Below are positions 45,833 through 56,200 of a stretch of 64,000 nt of DNA, one piece after another. This DNA comes from a virus (Duplodnaviria > Caudoviricetes). The stretch lies in the IMG/VR virus record IMGVR_UViG_3300008954_000001; one strand, 5' to 3'. The notes beneath the pieces are model-generated. The model saw only the letters and a program-made list of their open reading frames with translations, did no database searches and was not told where the DNA came from. Each line of letters starts with the position of its first letter. The stretch's first letter is position 1. Both the position numbers and the translations under genes were made by a program.

Positions 45833-48800
45833 CTACTCGTCCCCCTCATCAACCTCTTCGGAAGACCCGACATTCCCACCTTGATCGGTGTACATATCTT
45901 CCTCTTCTGGGGGAGCATCGCCTTTGAAGGTTTGGTAATACCATCCCGTTTCATCATTCGGCCACGAAGTCGCTTTACCCTCCTCCCAGTCCGTCATGTG
46001 TTCGGCTACGGACTCGTTTAAGTCATCTTGGGCCTGAGCGGGGTTGTGCCACTCATCAGCATCCCCATCAAAGATTTCCATCCACCTATTGTGTTGGGTT
46101 GACCCGACCTCATTGAGCTTATCGTACAAATCAGCCAATCTGGGATCGTCGGGAGCGTCACTAAACGCCGTAGCTAATTTCTGGAATGCTTGGCCCGCTG
46201 CGCTGTTCTCCCAATTCCCATCCCCGCCCCAATTATCGAACATATTGGCAAAATCGATAGCGTCTCGTGGCTTCTCGATCTGACCCCGCAGAGCGTCCTG
46301 AATGATTGTGTGATCTATTGAGGATTCTACAACTTGCTGCTGAACCGTTTTGACCACATTCGTTTGCAGATCCCCATCTTTGCCGTCTGGGGAAACATAA
46401 ATAAATTTGGACTCGTCTGTGGCAATCATTCGGACCATGGAATCGTATAAGATTTCATTCCCCGCCACGGGATCAAGCCCACCACCGGGGAAGATATCCA
46501 CAATGTTATACGCAGCGTTTAGGGGATCTGTGGTGCTGCCGGGAGTGTCTTCTCGTTGGAAATAGTTAATGAGACCCGCCGCCATGACTTTCCGTGTGGC
46601 CGCACTGCCCGTAATCCCCTTTTGCTCAATATACTGCGCCGTAGAAACGATGGCCTTGTCGTCATCCGTAGCTACTTTTAGAGTTCGTTGAAGTCTTGAG
46701 AAAGCCGCAGGGTTTGTTGTTTGCATCAACATGATCGCATCAAGCATCGTCGGAGTTGCTGCACCTGTGGCTGCGGTCGCCGTTCCAAACCCTGACAGAA
46801 GAGCCAACTTTGTGGAGCCTTCCTTCAATATGTCTCGAACAAACTTATCAATAACAGTGTCGTCGAGGGTTTCAAGAGGGTCTTGGGCCAGCAGCTTCTC
46901 GAAGCCTTGGCCCTCTTCACCAATCCGCAACCCACGCCCATACGCATAGCTTCCATAATGCCGATATCCACCCGCATCGCTGATCGGAAAGACGGGGGAC
47001 AGCACCTTTGTTTTCCGTCGAAACGACCCGGTTGCATTGTAATGCCCGCTTGCACTAATGGCCCAAGGCTTTAGCCACTTCTCACCACTAAGATTGAATG
47101 TGTCACATATGGCCTTCTGGAAAGAATTCAGTTCGAGGAAGCCATCTTTCGCCGCATCTGTATTCCTTTGCGCTTTGGTTTTGAATATTTTCCCCCACGC
47201 TACCGCCGAATACTTCAGTATGTAATATAGTCTGAAAGCAACCGCCTTAGCCGCTAACGTGTAAACCCCGTGCGACAGCTTCTTCATATCGACTTCTTTT
47301 TCGTCAAACCTCGGTCTGTCCGCTCTTTGTATCTGCCGCCTACCCTTTTTATAGCACTTACATTTGTCGTTGCCCTTGGGAGATTTGCCGCCTTTACAGT
47401 AGTTGTGCAAAAAGTAGTGGGAGGCTTTGACTTTGCTCATATCCACGGTTTTGTCTTTGTTTTGAGAGGCATCCAAGTCACTGTGGGGGAAGTCCGCTCT
47501 GACGTTACTACCAAACTCTTCCTCTAAGCCCCAACTAAGAGCCGAAAGTGCGCCGTCCCATTTTGCCGTAACTGACGTAGGTGGCGGAGTGTGCTTGCCG
47601 AAAGGGTTGTTCGCCGCCGTCCACCACGTTCCTGCACCAGGAATCGCAAGAGAATCCAACTCCGCAAGAATCGGCCCGAACCAATCCTCCATCGTATCGG
47701 TTGCTGCTGGCGGGCCGTATTTAATTCCCCAGCGTTTCACAAGTGCTTCTGCAAGGGCTTTTTCAAGCCCGCTGGCTGGGGATGGTGCGCCTGTGTGGGA
47801 TGACGGCACCATGGCCTTCAAGTCTATCCCCAACTGCGAAAAAACAAGCGTGTAGATTTGATCTGTAGGCAAGTCCTCTGTTCTCGATCCAGCCTTAGCA
47901 ACTCGAAAGGCCCTTACCTTACTTTGTTTTGAGTCGTCCCATGCCGCAAACCGCTTCTTCAAGTTATCCATTCCTTGAATAGCTTTTGGAACTTTATCCG
48001 CATTACTTCCCGCATGGAACATCCCATGGGAAGCATCTGCCATATCGTCGTAAGCGTCTTTTATGTTTGCACCCCCCGAACCCGGCATTGTGAAAGTGTA
48101 TCGAGTCGGAGCTTGATTCTCTCCTACGGGGTGTGCCGATGAATAATATCGGTAATAGCCGGGGGTAGAGGCGTTGCTGAAATTAGATTTCTTATCTCCC
48201 AAGAGATTCAAAATCTGTGCCGAATCTAACTTGTCTGGCTCATGTGCTTGGTTCCCAAGAACCCAAAGCACAGAAGTCAAAAGGTCAAAGATATCCGCTG
48301 TCCCCTTAGGGACGGTCCCGATAGCTTTCTTTTCATATGCTTTGATGTAGTCTGTGAGGGTGTCTTGCCAATCGCCCGTAACATCGAAATCCGCCCCCCC
48401 TTTACCGACATCCTCCTTTTGTTTTTCCATAAAGTCTTTGTAGGTCTCGACCTGCTTCTCAATTTCCGAAATTTTAAGCTGTTTGTAGTCCCATACAATA
48501 GAGCCGTTTTTCGTCACGTATTTCGACGACCCTGATCCAAGTCTCGGAACCCGAACCCACAAATCCGCTGCACCCACTGTAGAGGTGGTATCAAAAAGAG
48601 CTTTAGCTTTAGTTTCACTCAATGCAGCCCCGGCACCAGAAGTGGAGGTTGTAGCGAGAGATGAAGAGGATTCTCGGATCAAGGGTTCTTTTTGAGCGGG
48701 GTCTTTGAATGATGCCAGCGTTTGTTTGCTGTCGTGCCCGCAAAGGAGCAGGACCATGTTTCGGACATTTTGTGCATTTGACAGGTCCAAAACATCTTGG

Positions 48801-50716
48801 CCCAAAGCCCACGCAAAAGGGCTTATTCCAGCGGGATCGAGGGCCATGACCACATTCGGAAAGCCAGCAAACTTTACTGCACCTTCTCCAGAACCTTTAT
48901 CCTCCATCACTAATGGAAAATTCGGCAAATCGACACGATCTAATCGCACCCCGTTTATCCCATTAGCATCCCCGCTCGCTGATTGGTTGCTGTCCCCCGG
49001 AGCCATAAACTTCTCTCGCCTCGCCACGCATTGAAGAGAAGTTGTACATTGACCCCCATAACTAAAGCTGTGAGACATGGACTTGATGTAATAAAAGCAA
49101 TCTAAGTGCTCCACATACACGGGAAAGCCCGGTCGTAGTTCAGGACGTAATGGGATCGTAATGTTGGCCGAGTTCATCGCCTCATTAAGAATATCAATCC
49201 GAGCAACCGCAGCCCAAAACGCCCCACGAGCACTACTATAAAACTGTGCGTCCAAGTCTCCGGGTCGCCACCCAAACTTTGCCACCAAAGGGTAATCGAT
49301 ATACTGTCCTCGAATACCCCATTCGCCATCAAGACCCACACCCGTCATGTTCGAGAAGGCACTCGATTTGACTGTCATATATGTAGCAGTAGGTTCGGCA
49401 GCGGCTCTGGTGATTGAGATGAGGTCTTGGGGAGCAATCCTGTACGCCTCCAAATTACGAGTATCCAGATTGTAAAGAGGTGGCTTGAACACCAAATCCC
49501 CATCCACATCTTGATAGAACTCGTAACCCACGGCGGTAGCGGCTGCGCTGGCAATATCCAACTTGGAGGTGTACGAGGCTTCCCACAAGTTGACGTTGCC
49601 CCACTGACTAATATCATGCACAAAGGCTTTCAGTTGGGCTGCTGATACAGCCACACCCGACTTTTCGCCCGCTCTCGGCATGTATTGAAGCCTATCCGCA
49701 GGGAAAGAACCTTGGGTGTACCTTCTTGCATCCTTCACATCAGTTGCCATTTTCCAGATATCTTCGTTTCCTCGAAAAAGATCTGAAGGCTCCGTCTGTG
49801 TGTTTCCAGTATGTCGCAAGTTGATCTCTGCCGCCGTGTTCAATTGCTTAGTCGTCATACGACCAATCATGGCCGTCTGGACCGAATTCAACTGCTCTCC
49901 GTTCACACCAAACATGCGTAGGTTGTACACTTTACTTCGGAAGCGTTGCTCCCAATACTTTTGGGTCATCTCAAATAGAGAGTTACCTGTCCCAAAGAAC
50001 TTCTTGGCTTGGTTGCTGGAAGCACTCAACGCAAACGCCACACCTCCCGCTGCCCCCGCCGTATCCTTGTAAAGCGAGTAGATGATCGAAAACGGGGTCA
50101 TGTTGGTAAAGTTGTGGCCCACCAAACTCATTTTGAGCTTTGATCCCGTAGGCCGAGTACCAAACAACGAAGCGTTTGTACTGATGTCGTGGTACTGCCA
50201 AAAATGCAACATTCCAGTACACGACATATTGATCGAGTAGAAACCACCGCTGTAATCAATGTTGGCGGTAGTCGTGACCCCATGAAAGCAGTGGTAATAG
50301 GGTCGGAGGGCTAAATCCGTGGCATTATCCCCAAGAGCATCCCGCAGTGCTTTCACTTCTGTAGCATCTAAAGTATTCGCCATCCCCTCCACAGGAAAGT
50401 AGCCTCTCATATAAATATGAACTTCCAATCCTGGCTGGAAAACTGAATGCCCGTCCGAAAATAGAGAACTCCCAATGTCATTGGGAATAGACATGGTGAA
50501 GGAACCAGAACAGGAACCCGCCTCCACACCAGAATCCACAGAAATCTGCGTGATATACCGCTGGATATCGATCTTCTTTTGTTTCGTAGACTCTGCTTTT
50601 GAAGACGTAACGGAAACATCGCCGTTCAGAAACAGGACGGCATCTGGCGTGTATCGGATCACTCCTTTGCGGTTCGGCACCCAATTACCAGCGTGTGGTC
50701 GATCAAAGACTCCCAT
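45833..50716 (-). CDS. Baseplate hub (T4 gp27/Mu gp44-like) with about 1050-aa C-terminal extension, 1627 aa
   Basis: KLDIASAAATAVGYEFYQDVDGDLVFKPPLY and ITIPLRPELRPGFPVYVEHLDCFYYIKSMSHSFSYGGQCTTSL are typical hub motifs. Synteny between tube initiators and spike. RBS AGGAGG. Confidence 0.85.
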   Translation of the reverse strand: MGVFDRPHAGNWVPNRKGVIRYTPDAVLFLNGDVSVTSSKAESTKQKKIDIQRYITQISVDSGVEAGSCSGSFTMSIPNDIGSSLFSDGHSVFQPGLEVHIYMRGYFPVEGMANTLDATEVKALRDALGDNATDLALRPYYHCFHGVTTTANIDYSGGFYSINMSCTGMLHFWQYHDISTNASLFGTRPTGSKLKMSLVGHNFTNMTPFSIIYSLYKDTAGAAGGVAFALSASSNQAKKFFGTGNSLFEMTQKYWEQRFRSKVYNLRMFGVNGEQLNSVQTAMIGRMTTKQLNTAAEINLRHTGNTQTEPSDLFRGNEDIWKMATDVKDARRYTQGSFPADRLQYMPRAGEKSGVAVSAAQLKAFVHDISQWGNVNLWEASYTSKLDIASAAATAVGYEFYQDVDGDLVFKPPLYNLDTRNLEAYRIAPQDLISITRAAAEPTATYMTVKSSAFSNMTGVGLDGEWGIRGQYIDYPLVAKFGWRPGDLDAQFYSSARGAFWAAVARIDILNEAMNSANITIPLRPELRPGFPVYVEHLDCFYYIKSMSHSFSYGGQCTTSLQCVARREKFMAPGDSNQSASGDANGINGVRLDRVDLPNFPLVMEDKGSGEGAVKFAGFPNVVMALDPAGISPFAWALGQDVLDLSNAQNVRNMVLLLCGHDSKQTLASFKDPAQKEPLIRESSSSLATTSTSGAGAALSETKAKALFDTTSTVGAADLWVRVPRLGSGSSKYVTKNGSIVWDYKQLKISEIEKQVETYKDFMEKQKEDVGKGGADFDVTGDWQDTLTDYIKAYEKKAIGTVPKGTADIFDLLTSVLWVLGNQAHEPDKLDSAQILNLLGDKKSNFSNASTPGYYRYYSSAHPVGENQAPTRYTFTMPGSGGANIKDAYDDMADASHGMFHAGSNADKVPKAIQGMDNLKKRFAAWDDSKQSKVRAFRVAKAGSRTEDLPTDQIYTLVFSQLGIDLKAMVPSSHTGAPSPASGLEKALAEALVKRWGIKYGPPAATDTMEDWFGPILAELDSLAIPGAGTWWTAANNPFGKHTPPPTSVTAKWDGALSALSWGLEEEFGSNVRADFPHSDLDASQNKDKTVDMSKVKASHYFLHNYCKGGKSPKGNDKCKCYKKGRRQIQRADRPRFDEKEVDMKKLSHGVYTLAAKAVAFRLYYILKYSAVAWGKIFKTKAQRNTDAAKDGFLELNSFQKAICDTFNLSGEKWLKPWAISASGHYNATGSFRRKTKVLSPVFPISDAGGYRHYGSYAYGRGLRIGEEGQGFEKLLAQDPLETLDDTVIDKFVRDILKEGSTKLALLSGFGTATAATGAATPTMLDAIMLMQTTNPAAFSRLQRTLKVATDDDKAIVSTAQYIEQKGITGSAATRKVMAAGLINYFQREDTPGSTTDPLNAAYNIVDIFPGGGLDPVAGNEILYDSMVRMIATDESKFIYVSPDGKDGDLQTNVVKTVQQQVVESSIDHTIIQDALRGQIEKPRDAIDFANMFDNWGGDGNWENSAAGQAFQKLATAFSDAPDDPRLADLYDKLNEVGSTQHNRWMEIFDGDADEWHNPAQAQDDLNESVAEHMTDWEEGKATSWPNDETGWYYQTFKGDAPPEEEDMYTDQGGNVGSSEEVDEGDE

Positions 50717-50727
50717 CAGCCGTCCTC

Positions 50728-52599
50728 CTAATCATCATCGTCTACCGCCTCGCCTACACCGGCTCCCGCCACGCCGCCCGCCACGGCACCCCAAGGACCA
50801 GCGAGACTCCCGACTGCGGCACCGACTACGGCACCCGCAATGACTTCGTTATTGTCGCCTGAAAGAGTGCTGTCCCACCAACCCGCTTCGTCGTCTTCGG
50901 GGGCTGTCTGAATACCTTGAAGGCCCCAGCCAGCGGTAGACTGTGCGGTGGGGTCTACCCCTGTATTGGACCCCCAACCATCAAGACCTACTTGAGCGTT
51001 CCAACTATCCTGTGCGCCCTCACTTGTTTGTACATTGAAAAAGGCATCGCCCCCCTCTTGCCCTTGATTCTGAACGGATTGAATAAAGGAAGCCATTGTT
51101 CGGATCTCGTTGGGATCGTCTCCAAACCGAGAGCCGTTGTTCGGATTGTTCATCCTCAAAACGCTGTTTGAGCGTTCGTCGGTGTGTCGGATTTCTGTAG
51201 CGGTAAAGTCAAAGGAGAAGTTCACCCCACCAAGGTTGTTCGCTTCTTCAAAGGTCCACTCCAACTTATCGAACTGCCCGATATATCGAACACCGTCATA
51301 GGCGATCTCGACCATACCGATCATCCAGTTCGCCTGACTTCCCCCAACTGTGTCTCGAATGTAGCCGTTGTTTCGGTACAACATGAACAGGTTCATCAAG
51401 TTCTGGTAGGCGGGGGACACCCTGCGACACGCCTCTTGAACACCCGATGGGTGTGTCGTTGCGCTATCTCCAAAACCTGATGAAGTAGCCAGTGAGCCAG
51501 ATACCGCAGGGCCAGTAAGGGCCGATGGGCTTTCCCCTCCGTAATAGGCTCCAATACGACCTGAAAAGTTGATTGTTGGAAGCTGCTCGCCCCACGCCTG
51601 ATAAATATAGCCGTACCGAGTTCGTTCTTGGAACGATTGGATCTTGGCATAGGTAACATTCATCGAAGTGGGGTTGATCAAAAGGATCAAGGGCGGAGTC
51701 CTCATCATTTGGATCAACTGCATGTAGATATCAGCGACATTCGCTTGCCCAAATAAGGGGATCGTGTCTTGAACCCCGGCCAAGTCGTTTGAAAGGGTGC
51801 CCTCTGTCGCAGAGGTGATCTGGCCGTTGTAAACCATCATCTCCAAGTTGCTGATAACCGCCTTAAAACCTATATCCGCCGCCGCTCGATCCGCCGCCGA
51901 TTTTGCATCGCTGCCAGGGGTCCAAAAGGAAGTTGTTGCCGTTGGATTCGCCATTCCCATCAACGCTTGAGTCTTAACCGAAAGATTACCCAACCCTGTC
52001 CACGAGTAAGGATCTGAAGCCGTAGCTGCCCCCACTTCCTTGGGAGGTAACAAACTAATCGTAAAAGGGCTTAGATGACGGATGTTCTTGTTTGAGGCAT
52101 CCATAGGAGGATTCTGTTGATCCTCCACACTCCAAGAAGCCCTTTCAGCCGACAACCCACTAAAAACATGAAGGGGTTGGTGCTCGTAAATGCTCGCCTC
52201 CCCAAACATACCCACAACACCTGTCGGAATAGGGTCCGACACGTCTGGCAAAATCCCGCCTGAATCAAACCCCGCTGGCGTGGAAACCGCAGGTGGAACT
52301 TCTGCTTCCCCAACCGCCTGTTCAGCCGTTTCCACTGTACCAATAGTGAACGACCCTTCCTCGGCGGCGATCTCAAACGCTACCAACATAGCGTCCTCGG
52401 AAGTAGCGGTGGCTCTCGATATTGTGATCCCGCTTTCTTCCCCGTAGGACTCCGAAACTTGAACCGCATATTCAGCCGCTTCGGGCTGTAACCCCACAGC
52501 ATTGACTACCGAGTTCTCCAACAGAGCCGCTTCTTGGATTTTTTGAAGCTCCTCTTTCTGGATCGAAACCTGGTCGGGGGTAAGTGTAATGGCACCCAT
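50728..52599 (-). CDS. Tail tube initiator-like protein (T4 gp48/gp54 or CIS-tube-like) with extensions, 623 aa
   Basis: ILLINPTSMNVTYAKIQSFQERTRYGYIYQAWGEQLPTINFSGRIG is a tube-initiator pattern and is alignable with the next gene. C-terminal glycine zipper. Confidence 0.7.
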   Translation of the reverse strand: MGAITLTPDQVSIQKEELQKIQEAALLENSVVNAVGLQPEAAEYAVQVSESYGEESGITISRATATSEDAMLVAFEIAAEEGSFTIGTVETAEQAVGEAEVPPAVSTPAGFDSGGILPDVSDPIPTGVVGMFGEASIYEHQPLHVFSGLSAERASWSVEDQQNPPMDASNKNIRHLSPFTISLLPPKEVGAATASDPYSWTGLGNLSVKTQALMGMANPTATTSFWTPGSDAKSAADRAAADIGFKAVISNLEMMVYNGQITSATEGTLSNDLAGVQDTIPLFGQANVADIYMQLIQMMRTPPLILLINPTSMNVTYAKIQSFQERTRYGYIYQAWGEQLPTINFSGRIGAYYGGESPSALTGPAVSGSLATSSGFGDSATTHPSGVQEACRRVSPAYQNLMNLFMLYRNNGYIRDTVGGSQANWMIGMVEIAYDGVRYIGQFDKLEWTFEEANNLGGVNFSFDFTATEIRHTDERSNSVLRMNNPNNGSRFGDDPNEIRTMASFIQSVQNQGQEGGDAFFNVQTSEGAQDSWNAQVGLDGWGSNTGVDPTAQSTAGWGLQGIQTAPEDDEAGWWDSTLSGDNNEVIAGAVVGAAVGSLAGPWGAVAGGVAGAGVGEAVDDDD

Positions 52600-53264
52600 T
52601 ATCCCGCCCCCCTCGAATAGTCATCAAAGCTGCCAGCAAGAGATTTGAATTCGTGTCGCTCACTCTCAACTGTAAAGGATGCCGAAATCGAAAACTCGTA
52701 TGGCTTTTCGGCTTCTTCTTGGACGGTGAAGTTACTGAACCACCCAAACCAGTGATGACCGTCAAAGGAACACTTGATCTTTCCACGGGTAATGATCGTT
52801 CCGTAAGCATCGTAAATCGCACCGTTACAATGGAACAAAGCCAAGAGGTCTAAGAACTTGTCATAGGCAATCGTCTGGCGGCGAGTACCCCCCGTGTCTA
52901 ACGCTTGCATACGGCTCGGTAAGCGGTCGTTGTGGAAGGTCGGCCCTGTGGTGTTGGAAAGACCCGAATAGAGCCTCATAAAGCCGCCTGTGGCCGCCTC
53001 GAAGCTAATCTCGGAAGGGATGTCACCCCAATGCTGTTCGACCCACCCACCCATCGTCTGGATGCGCTCAATGAGCTTCGTCATGCTGATGCTCATCGAC
53101 TTCGGGTTCACATGCAAAACAAGCCGCATCCCCTCAGGGAGCATACTGGTCACGCCATCGGGAGCGAGGATATCAAAGATAACAGGGCGGATGCCCTTAT
53201 CTGTGATCTCATCATATTCGTCGGTAAAAGCCGACTTGATGATCTGTTCGTACTCCCTCGCCAC
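52599..53264 (-). CDS. Tail tube initiator-like protein (T4 gp48/gp54 or CIS-tube-like), 221 aa, GTG start
   Basis: LVLHVNPKSMSISMTKLIERIQTMGGWVEQHWGDIPSEISFEAATG. Directly downstream of the tape measure gene. Confidence 0.75.
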   Translation of the reverse strand: MAREYEQIIKSAFTDEYDEITDKGIRPVIFDILAPDGVTSMLPEGMRLVLHVNPKSMSISMTKLIERIQTMGGWVEQHWGDIPSEISFEAATGGFMRLYSGLSNTTGPTFHNDRLPSRMQALDTGGTRRQTIAYDKFLDLLALFHCNGAIYDAYGTIITRGKIKCSFDGHHWFGWFSNFTVQEEAEKPYEFSISASFTVESERHEFKSLAGSFDDYSRGAG

Positions 53265-53277
53265 TTCTCACCATCCC

Positions 53278-56200
53278 CTACGCTTTGAACTTCTTCATGG
53301 GGTGGCCGAAGTTGCCCTTACCAGCCCACGCTTTCTTAGACCCGCCCGGACCCGTCATCCGAGCACCCGCATAAACGGCTTGCTTCACCTTTTCGAGATC
53401 CATTTCTTGACAAACATAAACAAAGACACTGCCACCACCACCGACACCACCCGTCGCTTGATCGACAGCACCACCGGGCTTCATACCAATGAACTCATCC
53501 TTGGTGTTGATTGGGCGGATAACCCCGCCTTGTGACCCGCCTTGATAGATGAAGTCTTGTAGGGTGTTCATATCGACCCCAAGCGACTTAAAGTCTTTTA
53601 ACAAAAGGGCTTTTCGAGGGTCGTCGTTGTCCAACCGTTTGTACATTGAAGCAGGGCTGTCAGGGGTGTTGAGCGATCCAGCCTCACCCTTCGCCAAATT
53701 CTTAGCGGCATCGCCAGTGGGGTCAAGACCGAGGAAGGTCGCAGCGTTACGAGAGAGTTCGGACTTCTTTGCTTCGGCCTCTTCCGTCTTGCCCTCTGCC
53801 AGCAGCTTCTTGATCTCTTTACGGACCTTCTCGGCGTTCCTGGCGTATTTCCTAACCTTCTCCTGTTCATCTTTTGATTTTTTGATGTTGTCCCACGGGC
53901 CTCTTTGGTTAGCCGCCATCCAATCCTCAAACTTTTTCTGAGACATTTTGTCGGCCCCGACCTCCAAGGTCGCCTTCACGAAGTCTTTCTTCAAATCCTC
54001 AGTGGTGTAGTCGTCGCCATCCTCCTTTTGTCCTGCATAGCCAGCCGCTACCTGCTTTTCGAGCAGCTTGAACATATGGATAATGTCCCCACCGCCCTCG
54101 GCACCCCTAAAGCTCGTGTTCATGTCGTTGGAAAGATTGGCCTGAGCATAGCCAGAACCCCTGGCATCAGCCGTTTTGCCGTCCTTGTCTTTCTTACTTT
54201 GTTCAGCCGTTACATATCCAGTAGTGCTTTGGCCTCTGCGGTCCAGCTTACCGTCCGTAACTCCGGGGGAGTATGTGACAGCAATCGAGTCGGTCACCTT
54301 CTCCAAGTTCAACCCAAGGCCCTGCATCCAAATAGCCATTTCAGCCATTTCAGCGTTGATATCTTCGGCGCTTCGATTTGTTGCGTTACCTGCGGCATCT
54401 GAATTAAAGGTGGCATACGAAGCATCGCTGGGAGCAAGATGGGTTGTTGTTTGCCCGATGCTTGTTATCGCTTGCGGCTGGTGTGTCCTAAATGTGCCCG
54501 CAACCCCTCCCGACAAAGCCTGACCATGGGACGTAACTTCGTCATCCCTACCTCTGATGCGTAAAGTCCTTCTTGTATCGGTGTTCCTTAGGTTCTCTGA
54601 GGAAACGCCGATGCCACGGTGCTTATATGTTGACCCCTCTCCCGTGATAGATACACCAGATATGTTTGAGGGCGCATCGGAAGCTCCCGTCCAGGTCGTC
54701 CCAGCTTCCTTCCTCGACCGATTTGGGTCTTTGAAATCATGAAGCATCCGCCCTGTTACCACCTCAGGAGCATCTTCTTTCCATGCGTCTTGCCTCTGCT
54801 TGTTAGTAATGGCTCCGTGACCAGGAACATCGATGCCGTGAACATCCTGCGTATGGAACGAGCCATGGACAGCGTCCCCACTCATGGGGTTGTCGGGGCT
54901 GGAAAAACCGCCCGCCCGATCAGGGTCTTTGATCGTGAACGCTGTCATGTCCTGATCAGCATTTATCGATTGGGTAACCAAGTTGGCATTATGGATGTTC
55001 CGCCCTGTGGTCACCCTTGCAGCTTTGGACGTTGCAATTTGCTCCTCCGTGTACCCCATTTGTTCGGCTTCGGTTTTCCAGCCCTCTTGTCGGGCGAACC
55101 TTCTTGGAGCAGCCTGCTTGAGCATGTCCATAAACTCAGGGTTGGCTTGGGCTTCCTTCAGCATTCCCCGTGGTAAGCCACCATCCCCGTAGGACGCATA
55201 TGAGCCTTGCGTCCTGGAGATGAAACCAGAAGCGCCTGTACCCAAGTTAGCGTTCATATTAGGGGTGCCGTCTGCATTAAACGCATTGTTCGCCGCATAT
55301 TTAGCTCCCTGATATTTGATGTTCATGGTTTCCCGCTTGTCTTTCATCTCCTCAACTTCTTGTTTCATCGTCTGCGCTTTATTGAAGTCTTTTTCTTGAG
55401 CGGCTGCTTTCTCTTTTTTCCTGATCTCACGACTCAAAATTTGGATGTCACGGTTTGTTTTAGTAGCTACTTTTGAATACCTGCTTTGCGCTTCAAGGGT
55501 GGATTTGAACGAATTGTCCCCAACGATTGATGTGAGAATCCCCTGAACCACTTTGAAGATTTGGTTTAAGACCATTGTGATCCCAGCATTCAAGGCATCC
55601 GCTATTGAGAAGGTGTTGTCAGCAATCTCACGGGAAAGCTCCTTATCTTCACTGAAGTTAGCGACCTGTGTTTGATGCTCAACACGGGCACCCTGCGACT
55701 GGTAGTAGTCCTCAATGGAACCGACAACCCTTTCAACGCCGTTAGCATCCTTAGTGATCTGAACATTCCCTTTTGAGTCCAAGGTGGCTGCCAACATCTT
55801 TCCATTCATCCCAACGACCGCACCATACGCTTTCACCTGCGCTCGCTGACTCGCTGAAATCTCCTTCGCAGTCATATCTCTTTTGACACCATCTTTCTCA
55901 ACGGTGTAACCATTCTTCTCTACCTCCTTCGCCATGTCTTTCATCACTTCATAATTACCGTCAAAGGCTTGCGTTAGATTTCGCATCTGACGCAACTGTT
56001 CCCCTTGCATCCCTGTGGCACTTTCTAAAGCCGCCAATTGCAACGCACTTAATTCATGGATTTCTTTACCGGGGAACATGCCTTTCATTGAATCTCGAAG
56101 CATGTTGAGCTTCCCGCCCATATCCAACTGATCGAGATTCTTCGCCATATTAGTCAGCCCACCCTTAGAGGCTTCCGAAATATTAGCCAAAACCGTCAAA

